A stretch of DNA of 38,527 bases from Nemertoderma westbladi (GCA_032718475.1 JAUCBJ010006160.1:1-38527), one strand, 5' to 3'; positions 23,820 to 34,945 are shown, counted from the stretch's first letter. The notes: generated by a model from the sequence alone, not told the origin. Numbers and translations: made by a program.

Positions 23820-26183
23820 GTTTTCGGTGATAGATTGTTAACAAGTCTAGACGACCAGACAGTGTTGCCAAGCCCCTCCCAACTGCTCAATAAGATCATT
23901 ATAAAACACAAAAAACTCCCTGAAGGCCAAGACGAGTCTTCCTTTTCGTACGATATCGGCGAAGAAGCCGACTTGGAGAACAACACCAGAAACGGTGTTC
24001 TATATCTGGAGGACCCGGTGTTACGCCAATGGGAACCCCATCTGTTCGTACTGAAAGGCCCGTTTCTCTACTACACTGTGGAGACAGGCTGCTGGGTCCC
24101 TGGGGTGGGGGGAGGTGTGGAGCCGGACCTGCCCCCCGCCCGACGGCACACTAAGTGCCCCTGGTTCCATGGGAACCTGGGCCCTAACGCTCGCACAGTA
24201 GCGGAACGCTTACTGCTGCAGGAACGCTACCCCGATGGAACGTTCCTGGTTCGCGAGTCGGGGACCTTCGTTGGAGATTACTCGCTATCCTTCGTCTGGG
24301 CCAACACCGTCTACCACTGCCGCATAAAGTCGTCCCAAATATCCGGGACAACTAAGTACTACATTCTAGAAGGTTCCGCGTTTAACTGCGTGTACGACTT
24401 GATAAACGTTTACAAGGAGACGCCACTGAAAGGGGACACCTTCGAGTTGTTGCTGGGTGATACGGTACCCCAGGTGACGGACCACGCGCAGATGGAGTGG
24501 TACCACGGCTCCACCACCCGGCTGCAAGCCGAGGAGTACTTACGTAGGATGCCTCTGGACGGGGCCTTCCTCTTGCGGAAAAGCGAATCCGACGAAAACT
24601 GCCTAACGTTGTCGTTCCGTGCCCCGTCCGATATCCCGGAGTCGGATCGAAGCAGAACTGAGTCGGAACGTACCAGACCCGAGACGGAACGTACCAGAAC
24701 CGAGTCGGAACGTACCAGAACCGAGTCGGAACGTACCAGAACCGAGTCGGAACGGACCAGACCCGAGTCAGAACGTGCTGCTTCCCAGATCCGGCACTGT
24801 AAGCTGGTGCGCGCCGGCGCGGTCTACCTGCTCGGCACCGAGCAGTGGTCCAGCGTGGTCGAGTTCGTCGAGTACTACCAGACGCACCCACTGTACCGCG
24901 GCACTAAACTCAAGTACCCCGTGTGTCAGCGGCTGCTGCAGGACTGGGAGAATCGGCCGTTAGGGGGCGCCGCGGCCTCCTACTACGTGATGCAGCCGGT
25001 CGCGCAGCGCGGACTGTCTGCGGGGCTGGAGGGCGTCGCCGACGAAATGGAGTCGTTGAACCCGCTCGGCGGCTTCACTAAGGGCGCCATTGATCTGCGC
25101 GGCTGCGCCGTAGAAGTGCCGCTGATCGCGCGGAAACACGACGCGTTTAAGTGGCGGCTGCACGTGGCCCCCGCGGGGTTCAGTGTCCCGCCGCTAGATG
25201 TCGCTTTCGGTACGCAGGACGAGATGAACGAGTGGCTCGAGGTGATACAGGAAGCGAGTCGGAGGTCCCCGGACAACCGGAGGAAGTCCACGGAGAAACG
25301 GAAGATTCGCATCGCCAAGGAGCTGTTGGACCTGGTTGTCTGCTGTCAGTCGGTCCCCTGCAATGTGTCGGCGTCCCTGGCCTCGGACAATCCCATGGAG
25401 ATGAGTTCCTTCCCGGAACGCAAGATGGCCAAGATAACGTCGTCCCCTCGGGTAGTCGAGTTCACGGAGTACACGCAGCGCCATCTAGCGAGGGTCTACC
25501 CCGCGGGGTCCCGTATAGACTCCTCCAACTACGACCCCACGGCGGCGTGGCTCGCCGGCGCCCAGCTGGTCGCGCTCAACTACCAGACCCCGGACCGCGC
25601 CATGCAGCTCAACCACGCGCGGTTCCTTAGCAACCGGGGACGCGGCTACGCCTTGAAGCCGCGGCTTCTGCGCGGCGTCGCGTTCGATCCCACGGCGCGG
25701 CGCAGTCTCCCTGGCAACGTGGCGCCCTACACACTCCGCGTGCTGCTATTGGCCGGCCGGAATCTGTGCCGGTCGACGCGCGGCGCGGTGAACCCGTTGG
25801 TGGAGGTGGAGGTGGTCGGCGCGGAGATCGACAACGCGCGCCGTCGCAGTCCGACGCGGCTGGAGAACGGCCTGAATCCCTGCTGGTTGCCCGGGTTACC
25901 GAGACGCGATAGCGACGTTGCCATGGAGTCGCGCCTCGTCGTTATGGAGTTCCGGGTCTACCATCCCGACGCGGCGTTGCTACGATTCGTCGTCAGCGAC
26001 GAGGACGCATTCGGCGATCCCAAGTTCCTCGCGCATTCCACGATCCCCGTTCCGTTGATACGTTCCGGGTTCCGTTCCGTTCCCTTACTTAACGGATACT
26101 CTAATCCTATCGAAATGGCCTGTTTGTTGGTCCATGTAACTCAGATACATCCCAACGACGATGACAGACCGATAAGCAGTTGA
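23820..26183 (+). CDS. PLCG: Phospholipase C-gamma, exon 2 (X-box end, split PH, nSH2, cSH2, no SH3, split PH, Y box, C2)
   Basis: LPSPSQLLNKIIIKHKKL; split PH GVLYLEDPV..W; nSH2 WFHG..GTFLVRES; cSH2 WYHG..GAFLLRKS..HPLYR..LKYPV; Y box IAKELLDLVV..LARVYPAGSRIDSSNYDP..VALNYQTPD; C2 ..LRFVVSDEDAFGDPKFLA..GFRSVPL. TGA stop ends at 26183. Confidence 0.95.
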   Translation, partial: VFGDRLLTSLDDQTVLPSPSQLLNKIIIKHKKLPEGQDESSFSYDIGEEADLENNTRNGVLYLEDPVLRQWEPHLFVLKGPFLYYTVETGCWVPGVGGGVEPDLPPARRHTKCPWFHGNLGPNARTVAERLLLQERYPDGTFLVRESGTFVGDYSLSFVWANTVYHCRIKSSQISGTTKYYILEGSAFNCVYDLINVYKETPLKGDTFELLLGDTVPQVTDHAQMEWYHGSTTRLQAEEYLRRMPLDGAFLLRKSESDENCLTLSFRAPSDIPESDRSRTESERTRPETERTRTESERTRTESERTRTESERTRPESERAASQIRHCKLVRAGAVYLLGTEQWSSVVEFVEYYQTHPLYRGTKLKYPVCQRLLQDWENRPLGGAAASYYVMQPVAQRGLSAGLEGVADEMESLNPLGGFTKGAIDLRGCAVEVPLIARKHDAFKWRLHVAPAGFSVPPLDVAFGTQDEMNEWLEVIQEASRRSPDNRRKSTEKRKIRIAKELLDLVVCCQSVPCNVSASLASDNPMEMSSFPERKMAKITSSPRVVEFTEYTQRHLARVYPAGSRIDSSNYDPTAAWLAGAQLVALNYQTPDRAMQLNHARFLSNRGRGYALKPRLLRGVAFDPTARRSLPGNVAPYTLRVLLLAGRNLCRSTRGAVNPLVEVEVVGAEIDNARRRSPTRLENGLNPCWLPGLPRRDSDVAMESRLVVMEFRVYHPDAALLRFVVSDEDAFGDPKFLAHSTIPVPLIRSGFRSVPLLNGYSNPIEMACLLVHVTQIHPNDDDRPISS
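24639..24776 (+). repeat. In-frame 21-bp coding minisatellite (ESERTRT, about 6.5 copies) inside cSH2
   Basis: GAGTCGGAACGTACCAGAACC-like units start at 24639, 24660, 24681, 24702, 24723, 24744 and 24765. Confidence 0.95.
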
Positions 26184-26448
26184 TAATCCGTAAATATTCG
26201 TAAGTATATTGGTTTGGGAGTTAGGGTTACTATGATTGGTCGCTCGTTACCATGGTAAGTTGTCGCCCCTACCGCATCGAGCTCTAGAACAGATGTATCC
26301 AACGCGGTGGTGTTGGTTGCGTTTGTTATCGTGATACTCAGGAGTATATTAACTATCTGATTCCGATTCCACTTTTGAAACATATTTTTACTTTGCGTAA
26401 AAATATAGGTATATGTTTACTTGAGTACCTCAGTACTTTTTACTCTTG

Positions 26449-27300
26449 CTAGAACCACCTTGGGAAACTTCTTAGTGTTGCAGAACATGATGAGTGGCAA
26501 CGGATGATGCGGTTGGAGATTTGGTCTATTTTGTCCAATGCTGCATGTGCAGTTGAATTCATCAATAGACCAATTCCACCATAGCCACTATCATCTGCTG
26601 ATGCGGGGGCGAGTCGCCAACCGCCCCCCATGTCCATAACCAGAACCTCATCATTATGTCCAGTCTGTATTCTGAGGCTAGTCTAGTGACTTGCCTCAGG
26701 TTCACCATAGGCTTGGTTGGTCGGGGTGAGACGTGAGAGTGGCCTCAAATTACAGAATCCCTCACCCCCTTGCAAACTGCCCCCCCCCCCCCCCCCCCGT
26801 GGTAACCCAGGGTTTGGGCCAGAAAGGTCACCAGGGAAGGGACTCACAGAATTGTTGGCCGCTCTCTCTCCAGTGATGGGTAAGACAGGCAGCCGGTCAG
26901 GGGATAACTGACGTCTGTGAGGCGAATTGTGTCCGGTATTTTCACTGGTCTATAGTGGCTGGACCTCAGAATTACTAATGTAATCCCTAGCGGGCAAATA
27001 CCACACCCTGATGTGCCATTCCACAGGGTGGGTGTCGCAGTGGAATCGGATATGAGGCTCATCACCCACACCTACTCTGACGCACATGACCCACCATTGC
27101 GCCATTGGCTGTGCTGTTCATCTCCTGGGCCATGCCCTTTACCCCTGCTGCCAGATGCAGGTCGCAGTGAAGTGCACTCAAATGGGAAATGAGAGCACTC
27201 CACTCTACTCCTGTACAGCCATTGGTAGATTACCGTCTGCTTGGTCAGGCCATATACCAGCCAAGTTTATGGGTATACAGGGCGAAGGGGGGTCCTAGTT
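26449..27300 (-). mobile_element. RTE-clade LINE 5' fragment (apurinic endonuclease piece plus putative leader)
   Basis: 26449-26637 encodes ASADDSGYGGIGLLM..ALDKIDQISNRII, matching the GGVG.L...IS.RI segment of RTE endonucleases. The upstream GC-balanced block is assigned by position only. Confidence 0.55.
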
Positions 27301-27368
27301 ACAGGACCAGCTTATGTCCTTATTGAGAGGTTTTCTCAATCAATGACTCAGAATAGCTGACCAGATAA

Positions 27369-27495
27369 AGGCCGGTTTACACGTGTCAACGTTTTGAGCA
27401 ACTTTGTCAGCATCTTGGCGAGAAACTCAGGTTGCCGATCAAGTTGCTCCGTATAAAAAAAAGTTACCAAAAAGTTGCTAAGTGTAAACCGGCTT
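27369..27495. mobile_element. Small PIF/Harbinger-like MITE
   Basis: TIRs AGGCCGGTTTACAC / GTGTAAACCGGCTT, an internal inverted pair GCAACTTT / AAAGTTGC, and TAA-like flanks. Confidence 0.65.
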
Positions 27496-28050
27496 AAAAA
27501 ATGGGTAAATGGGTTAATATTCTCATTCAAATAGTAAAATAGGATTCTAGAATAATTAAAAACGTTACAAATACATCCAAATAAAATTACCCGAAATATG
27601 TTAACCGAAAACGGTTCCTTTTTGTTAAATATTATAATATAATCATAACAATTCATCCACGTTTACATTGAATGTAAATAGAAAGTATTGCTTAATAAAT
27701 TATATACCACGTAGAATGTAGATAAACTTACATGTAGTGTTTACTTTATTTATTCCTAGTGTTTTTGGTGCTGATTGCAGTAATCGTCAACTCTGTAATG
27801 AGGTTAATTTTTAGATTGAATATTTAATTTATCACAATATTATTAAATATATTCTAGATAATCAGTCAGACACGGACTGCGTGCAATTTATTTATTGGTC
27901 TTCTTCTCCATAGATATTAAGTGCAGTTTCTAAGTTGGCTAACATGTTATGCATGTCGTTATGAAATAATCCGTATTTAGTTTTTAGCTATTAATTGTTG
28001 CTCAATATTTATTATTAGTAAACCTTTCTTTTCTTGGCATGGTTCAAATG

Positions 28051-28533
28051 TAGGGATGTGAGTTTTCCGGAAAAATATATTTTTCCAAAGAAAAATCCAG
28101 AAATTTCCTTAACAGTATACGTGACCCGTATTTACAGACAGCCACAAGAGCCAAGATAACCCCACTAAACAGGAATCACCAGTTTCTAGTGTTTACTCTA
28201 ACTCTACTTGTGTTTTCCTGGGTGTTTTCAGAATATAAACTGGTAAAATAGCAGACGATATTATTTTGAAAAATTTAAAATGTATTTAATTTCCGAAATT
28301 GCCTTCTATATAAAACACAGTTGATAATGAAATTGACAAAAGTAAATAAAAAGACAAAGTCACAAAATCACAATTTTATTTCAAATCTTATTATTACTAT
28401 TTTATGCAATTAATTTGAGGATGTTTCTGTAAATATTTACCATTAAAAGTAAACTTTATATAATAAATTAATAAAATAGGAAATTTCCGGAAAGATGATG
28501 AAATTTCCCAACATTTCCTGACTCGCATCCCTC
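28051..28533. mobile_element. hAT-type MITE with 8-bp TSD
   Basis: TTCAAATG|TAGGGATGTGAGT ... ACTCGCATCCCTC|TTCAAGTG (TSD with one mismatch), plus subterminal TTTCCGGAAA / AAATTTCC repeats. Confidence 0.8.
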
Positions 28534-28848
28534 TTCAAGTGTTATTTAACTTATTCTTACATAAAATTTAAATTCCACCTATTTGAGCTCCTATGATACG
28601 TAGATACATTATTAGAGATTGTACAAATGTACTTAATTATGGTTCATGGTTGTTGATTCTACTAAATAATGGTTTTTGAACCAAATTACATGCAGTTTTT
28701 GTTATGTTATTTGTTTCGTTTTATATAGTAGTGCAAGTAGGTGCTACCTTATTATGTAGTATGGTTAAATATTAAATTAAATTATGTAAATTAATTGTGA
28801 AATAATAATGATTTATTTCAGAATGTAATAACTGATTAGTGCTAAATG

Positions 28849-30110
28849 CTACTACTACTATGATCGGCATGCTGCATTGCAGCTGCATTTTTAAGAATAA
28901 TGCTGTGCTGGCTTGTCAACAAAATTGCGCCGCCACAACTCCCTATCACCCATGACATTAGCTAGATCATCCGTATCTTCAAGGCCAGTGTCCTTTAAGA
29001 TGCGTCTCAGGAAAGTCATGGGCTGTCCACCATGCTTATTTTCACAATGGGGCTGCCAAAGCGGGTAGGTGTAAAACGCGGATCCGGATCCCAAAATTAT
29101 AAATTAAGGGAAAGGAGCAGGTTACAGTGAGACGTTATTTTAACCAAAACAATAAACTAAAGTCAATAGAACAGGTTATAGTTTTATTTTTGGGAGTTAA
29201 AAAATGTAAAAAAAAAATCGACTTCCGTAGGGACAATGGTTAAATGTAGAACCCGGATCCGGATCCGCGTTTTACTCTGACCCTGCCAAAGCACACGATT
29301 ATGTACAGGCTGGTCCTCACGGCTAAATCAATGTCTTGCAAAGCGGAGACGGCTTTGTTCTAGTGTCAAGCTTGGGGGAACCAATGGGAAACCTCCAATG
29401 TTATATAGTGTCTGGTTGGAGATGTGTGCATTGTACTTGACAGAGTGAACACGGCGTAGCATTCTTGTGAATGTGCCATCCAGAGATTTGGTGTCCTCAG
29501 CAGTTAGAGCCCAGCATGGACTCCCATGGATGAGTACTGGAACTACTGCTGCTCTAAATAATCGGACCTTAAGTTTCCGATTAATTCTATGTGACTTCCA
29601 AATACTGAAAAGCCTATTCAAGGCTGCCCATGCCTTTCCCTTGCGTATTCGAAGGTCCTCACCTGACTTCCGGATCCCTGATCCCAGGTAATAGAAGTCG
29701 TCCACATGGTCAAGCATACCATCCTTTGAGCTTATGCTCATCCGATCAGAGACTTGCGGAGGACTTTCAAAGTTAACTGTCAAAATTTTGGTCTTTTTAA
29801 AGTTAATAAAAGGACCAACACTAGAAACAGCCTGTTCTAGGGGGCCGTTGGGCTCCCTCTAGTGATTCTGAGTGAGAGTACTCCTAAGTCATCAGCAAAG
29901 TCTAGATCAGTTAGGAACTTGGCAGGATTTCCTCGACTTCTGGAGCCAGTAGTTGGAGTTACCATCACCCCATCATCATTATGATGATCTAAGTACATGC
30001 GTAGAACATAGTCAACAACAATTATGAACAAGAATTGCGCAAGTGTGTCTCCCAGGAGGACGCCCCATAACACTTCAAATGGTTCTGTGTCACCGTCATT
30101 GTTAATGGTT
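28849..30110 (-). mobile_element. 5'-truncated RTE-clade LINE (RT and C-terminal region) with (TAG)n tail
   Basis: GVLLGDTLAQFLFIIVVDYVLR, DLDFADDL, VDDFYYLGS..RKGKAW..IWKS..KVRLFRA..LDGTFTRMLRR..RLRFARH, MGDRELWR. The CTACTACTACTA tail is at 28849-28860. Confidence 0.9.
29063..29283. mobile_element. 221-bp MITE with perfect 9-bp TSD (Mutator-like), inserted in the RTE
   Basis: TGCCAAAGC|GGGTAGGTGTAAAACGCGGATCCGGATCC ... GGATCCGGATCCGCGTTTTACTCTGACCC|TGCCAAAGC. Confidence 0.9.
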
Positions 30111-30239
30111 CTAAGCCATATGTAAACTTCGTCTGCATATTAACTTAAAACGCTAATCCATAATGATTCCTGCTAAATTCGTTGTTTTATAGCTATTCGA
30201 ATGCAACATTTATTGACTCGCCTTTATTGCACTACATAC

Positions 30240-30765
30240 TGCTCATCACTCATCAGTATTTCTTGTCCATTACTCACTAGTAGTGTCCATCACTCACCAG
30301 TTGTTGTCCATCATTCATAAGTAGTAGTGTGTCCATCACTCAACAGTTTTGTTAATTACTCATCATTCATTATCCATCAGTAGTGTGTCCATCATTCATC
30401 AGTAGTGTGTCCATCATTCATCAGTGTTGTCCATCATTCATCAGTAGTGTGTCCTTCACTCACCAGTTTTTCCATCATTCACCAGTTTTGTCCATCACCC
30501 ATCAGTAGTGTGTCCATCATCCATCAGTTTTGTCCATAATGCGTCAGTAGTGTGTCCATCACTCAACAATTGTATTCATTACTCACCAGTTTTGTTCATC
30601 ACTCGCCAGTTTTGTCCTGCATTCATCAGTTTTGTCCATGATTCATCAGTAGTGTGCCTATCACTCATCAGGTTGTCCATCATGCATCAGTATTGTGTCC
30701 ATCGCTCATCAGTTTTAAACATCACTCACCAGGTTTGTCCATCATTCATCAGTCGTGTCACTCAG
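30240..30765. repeat. Degenerate 20-22-bp minisatellite (TCCATCATTCATCAGTAGTGTG)
   Basis: More than 20 diverged tandem copies. Confidence 0.85.
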
Positions 30766-31920
30766 AACCACATTTTGTATAATCACTTAGCAGCAACCAA
30801 ACATTCCATCATTTCACTATTGAACATATCTGACAGGTATGTGGTGATTCCAAATGTTGTTGATAAGCTTCGGTTTGCAGCCTTATTATTTTCTACTATA
30901 AGATTTAAATAATTATACTTAAAACTTATACAGCTGGAATCCCCATACCATTATAGTTTTTAATTAGTTCAAGTGATTTGTGTCAAGAGATCTGTTTTTA
31001 ATAAATTGATTTAAACATAAGAATATTCCCCTTATCTCCACGCTTCTTGCATCTCCCGATAGAAGTCTATAGGGATCATACCAGCCTGTCCACCTCACCA
31101 CTATACAATGGTCCTATTGCCTGGCCGGGAAGCATTGACTGCTGCCACCCATTAAACAAGTTACTTAAAAAATAAGATGCCTATCTCGACTCATTGCCCA
31201 ATAATAATTTACTTGACATATTATTGCCTGGCGAAATTACTGTCTTAGTGTCTAATTAGCAGGGACAGGATACGATACGAGAGGTACGATACGTAATATC
31301 CAAGATACAATACGAAAAAAAGTTTTGTATTTTCTTATTGTATTTTATCTCAGAGTGTCGATATAAAAATGTATTTAATTTGTATTACACAAGGCTGCCT
31401 GGAGTACAGGTAGCCTCCACTCCAGGTAGCCTTGGTATTATTACACTTAGAAAATCATTTATCAATCTCTGGCAAATATTTTTATTTCAGTATAACCTTT
31501 AATTTTCGAACTAATACAAGACATAAAAAATAAATGACAGATGGACACTACGGCGACTACTGGCTACACCATCCATTAGAACTTTAGGCAATAAGGGACC
31601 TACTAATAGGCCTTAGATGTCAAGGCCTACTTGATAAGTATTAAGTAGGTATTAAGTACCGGTGGTAGGCCTTGCTAAACGGGCAATACTTTCTGCTTTC
31701 AATTGATATAAGCCACGTGTGAAATGATTGTGATTTAATGTGTATTTGAATGGATCGAAAATTGCTACCCATAGAAACCAAGATAAGAAATTATCAGAAC
31801 ACTTTATTTGTGGTGACGTATTAATGGTTCCAGGGCAATGTTCTCCATTGGTCTATATTAGTGCGACTAAGTATAACAGCTACTCGGTTAGTGACAAAGA
31901 CGCTGAACTGGCAGACTTTT

Positions 31921-33420
31921 TTAGTAAGATATTCTAGAACGAGTAATTCTACTAACTACTACACCTATTCCAATATCGCTGGCGTCTCCAAAAACATAGA
32001 GTTGATAAGAATAAGTGGGGAGAATGTGACCGAAATACGCGCGGGAAATCTTAAAGTTCTCTATAGCTGGTAAAGAGTCTTCCCACATCATCCACTTCTT
32101 TAACAGTTCTCCCTTAAGTGGATCATCCCAAGAGTGGTTTTCGAGCCATATCTGGTGAACTAAACTCTGAGCAACTAGGATTACAGGACTAATAAATCCC
32201 AACGGATCGAAATAAGTGCTCAGAATACTTAGGCAAATCCTCTTAGTTCGAATAGGATTGGAAGAATAAAATATCTCTCTCCGTATCCCACTTTAATCCG
32301 AGGGTTTTCGTTTCTGGGAGGTCGTCTATAATGGGGTCGAGATCTTTAGCACCTCGCTCTTCCACTGGGATCGGCTCCAGAAATTCATGGGAGTTGCTGG
32401 TGAATTTCGTTAATTGGAATCCTCCGCGTTGGAGACACTCTACCGTTCCCTTGGCAACCTCGATTGCTTCTTCCACTTTTGGCAGTGATTTGAGGTTGTC
32501 GTCCATATAGATATCGCGTTTGATGTTATCGATGACCCCTTTGGGGAAGGCGTCTCGATTTTCATCAGCAGTGGCACGCACCATCGAGCAAGCGTTAGAT
32601 GTACTAGAGATAATGCCATAGGCCTGGATAGTCATCCAGTACTCTACCGGTTCTTTATCGAAGTCTCCTTCCGGCCACCACAGGAACCATAAGCAATCTC
32701 TGTCTCGTTGCAACGCTTTAACTTGTAGAAACATGCCTTCAATGTTGGAGGCAAATACGATGGAGTTCTGCTGGAGTCGTAATAATATTCCAAACAGCGA
32801 TTGTAATAAGTTGGGTCCCGGCAATAATTCTGAGTTCAGGGACTGGCCTTTGTATAAGGCGGAGCCATCAAACCCATATTCCTTATCGATGAACGTTTTC
32901 AGTTGCGTTTTATACATCTCTTTAGCTTTAACGTTCGAAGATAAACATCGATGTAGTTGCTCGATTCTTTTGATGGCTAACGGTCGATTTATTATTGAAT
33001 CTGGGTTCTCATTTCCTGAAAGGTAAACCGATCTTGTAACGACCCTCCTCTTTGAGCGAGTAGTCGTTGCTTGAATTTATTTAGCTCTCTCCTCCTCTAC
33101 AGATAGAGTTTTATCGTATGAGTTAGGTTCAACAGCTTCCTGTGTAAAGAATCACACAGCATGTTCACCTCTCAGTTTCGCATTGTATCGCTCCACCACT
33201 TCATTGAGTTCGTCAGCCTCATAAGCTAATAACTCGTTATTTTGTTGACATGAGATGAGATTTAGATGACATAATTCAGTTTGATTAAACCAGGCTTGAT
33301 TTCGGTGAGTGGTCCTATTACATTATCCTCATCATACAATAACTGGATATCGTCATTATCTGAGGAGCATGGAGTGTCCTCAGCTGTGATTACTTCCTCA
33401 TCCACTGTTTCTATACTCTC
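31921..33420 (-). mobile_element. BEL/Pao pol fragment (RT plus RNase H/peptidase A17 region), decayed
   Basis: FDGSA..SLNSELLPGPNLL..NIEGMFLQV..FLWW..YMDD..GGFQLTKFTSNS..KTLGLKWD; then FDPLGFISP..WDDPL..VFGDAS. The left and right limits are approximate. Confidence 0.92.
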
Positions 33421-33432
33421 ACAGTAGTAGGG

Positions 33433-33719
33433 TCTTGGCCGGCTCTGTGACACTTGGACCCCACTGACACCCATTGGGTGTCATATGACACCCAATTATC
33501 ACCCTATGGGTGTCATTGGCGCCAGACTGTCTGGGTGACACCTCCCAATTAGGCTAATTAGACCCTAATTGAAAGGTGTCATCAATTAATTAGTGCAATT
33601 AAACCCTAACAGGTGTCATATTAGGGTTTAATTGATTATCCTAATTAATCAGACTGATTAGCGCCCTGACACACAATGGGTCATCACTGTTGTGCAAGTG
33701 TCACAGAGCCGGCTCAAGA
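33433..33719. mobile_element. Foldback/MITE-like element rich in TGACACC motifs
   Basis: TCTTGGCCGGCTCTGTGACACTTG pairs with CAAGTGTCACAGAGCCGGCTCAAGA. There are many TGACAC(C)/GGTGTCA copies in both orientations. No clear TSD. Confidence 0.65.
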
Positions 33720-34594
33720 GGGTGTCATAAGTGACACCGCAGCTCTTATTCATTAATACTTATTTATTTATATTTAATTTTAATTAATTATTTGCATTTT
33801 ATTTTACTTTATTTATTCATTTGTACTTTATTTTAAATTAATTAATTGTATTACTTTTACTTTACACAATGATTTCTATTTTAATTAGTTAGTATTAATT
33901 AGACTAATATTAATTAGTTTTTATATTACTTACCGCTACTAAGTGAGATCATTTTTGGAAGCATCTAACCATAGACTTGCAGCCTTATTTAGCGCTAGGG
34001 TATACAGCTCCCCTACTGGTAACTATTTTGGAGTTAATGTTAGCAAAGTGCCTAAACTTAAGACAAGCTATCGCCTAGGTTACCAGTTACGCATGAATGA
34101 GAAATTTATCGGGGCCCCTCTTAAAATTCTTTGTGCTGAGTCAGGATTGCCTCATTTAAGGAAGCCGCATCCCTATCGATAATCTAATTATGGTATCGCT
34201 AACCATTTTCAGTATACTGTATAATTAAATAGGGCCCTCTTTTAATACATAAGTTTATTTATATATATATATATATAGTTTATCTTCAATTTAATTTGTT
34301 TTTATTTACAACCCTAATGGTTCTACTGTATTATAATTTATGTTTTATAATAACAAGCTATATCCGGTTAATCCGTATTAATTTTCTTTGTACTGAGGTT
34401 ATCGAGGGCGCTCTTTCCAATGGTCCTATTCTCAAAACGATCTAACCTACTGTATAATTAATTACTTAAGACTGCGAGGTATGCGTAATTAACACATCTC
34501 ATTTACCAGTTTTCCTTAAAAACTATGAAGTTATATAGCTTAAGAGTTCTAAGGGGCGAGCCATGAGGCAAGATGTTTGAGGCTTAGTTAGATA

Positions 34595-34882
34595 TATTAT
34601 TACTTAATTTTGACCCCCCAATCGGCATCTACTACGGCATAGGCCATATCTTTTGCAGAGCCATAGAGTAGTCTGAAGTTCCCCAGTCTGCCCCTAGAGG
34701 GCCAAATGTCTCAAAGTGAAAACCATACGGTAGCCATGAATTGGTTACTAGGCAATAATACTGCATTTTGCAACGTTAGGCCTATTGCTAACCGAACGAA
34801 AACTGCCCTGGTTCAGGCAGGGATCGAACCCATGACATACGGGAGATGTGAATTCAACGCAACCACTACACCAATGTGGAAC
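34595..34882 (-). mobile_element. tRNA-derived SINE (tRNA-Val-like head at 34882-34810)
   Basis: Minus strand: GTTCCACATTGGTGTAGTGGTT (A box) ... TTCACAT ... GGTTCGATCCC (B box), with imperfect stems. It continues into a unique body and an AT-rich tail. Confidence 0.6.
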
Positions 34883-34945
34883 AGTAACCTTCGAATTTGT
34901 TCGTTGACGTTCGAATTTGTAAGACTCTCATTTAAGACCTGACAC

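Noticed and set aside
21016-26183. Two separate PLC genes or a split pseudogene
   Set aside because: A canonical phase-0 intron joins the two ORFs seamlessly, with no stops or frameshifts and intact catalytic motifs.
26449-30110. One contiguous RTE element
   Set aside because: On the minus strand the RT and 3' tail (30110-28849) come before the endonuclease piece (27300-26449), which is the wrong order, so these are separate or rearranged copies.
30508-30912. 134-aa ORF
   Set aside because: It is mostly a translation of the degenerate minisatellite.
14244-33420. A single BEL element spanning PLC-gamma (gag at 14-17 kb, pol at 32-33 kb)
   Set aside because: The gag-protease is on the plus strand and the RT on the minus strand, and no matching LTR pair is visible.
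33943-34182. 79-aa ORF as a gene or viral fragment
   Set aside because: It has a non-ATG start, is short, and has no recognisable motif, so it cannot be supported.
34810-34882. Functional tRNA-Val(CAC) gene
   Set aside because: The acceptor, D and anticodon stems pair poorly and the sequence continues into a SINE-like body.
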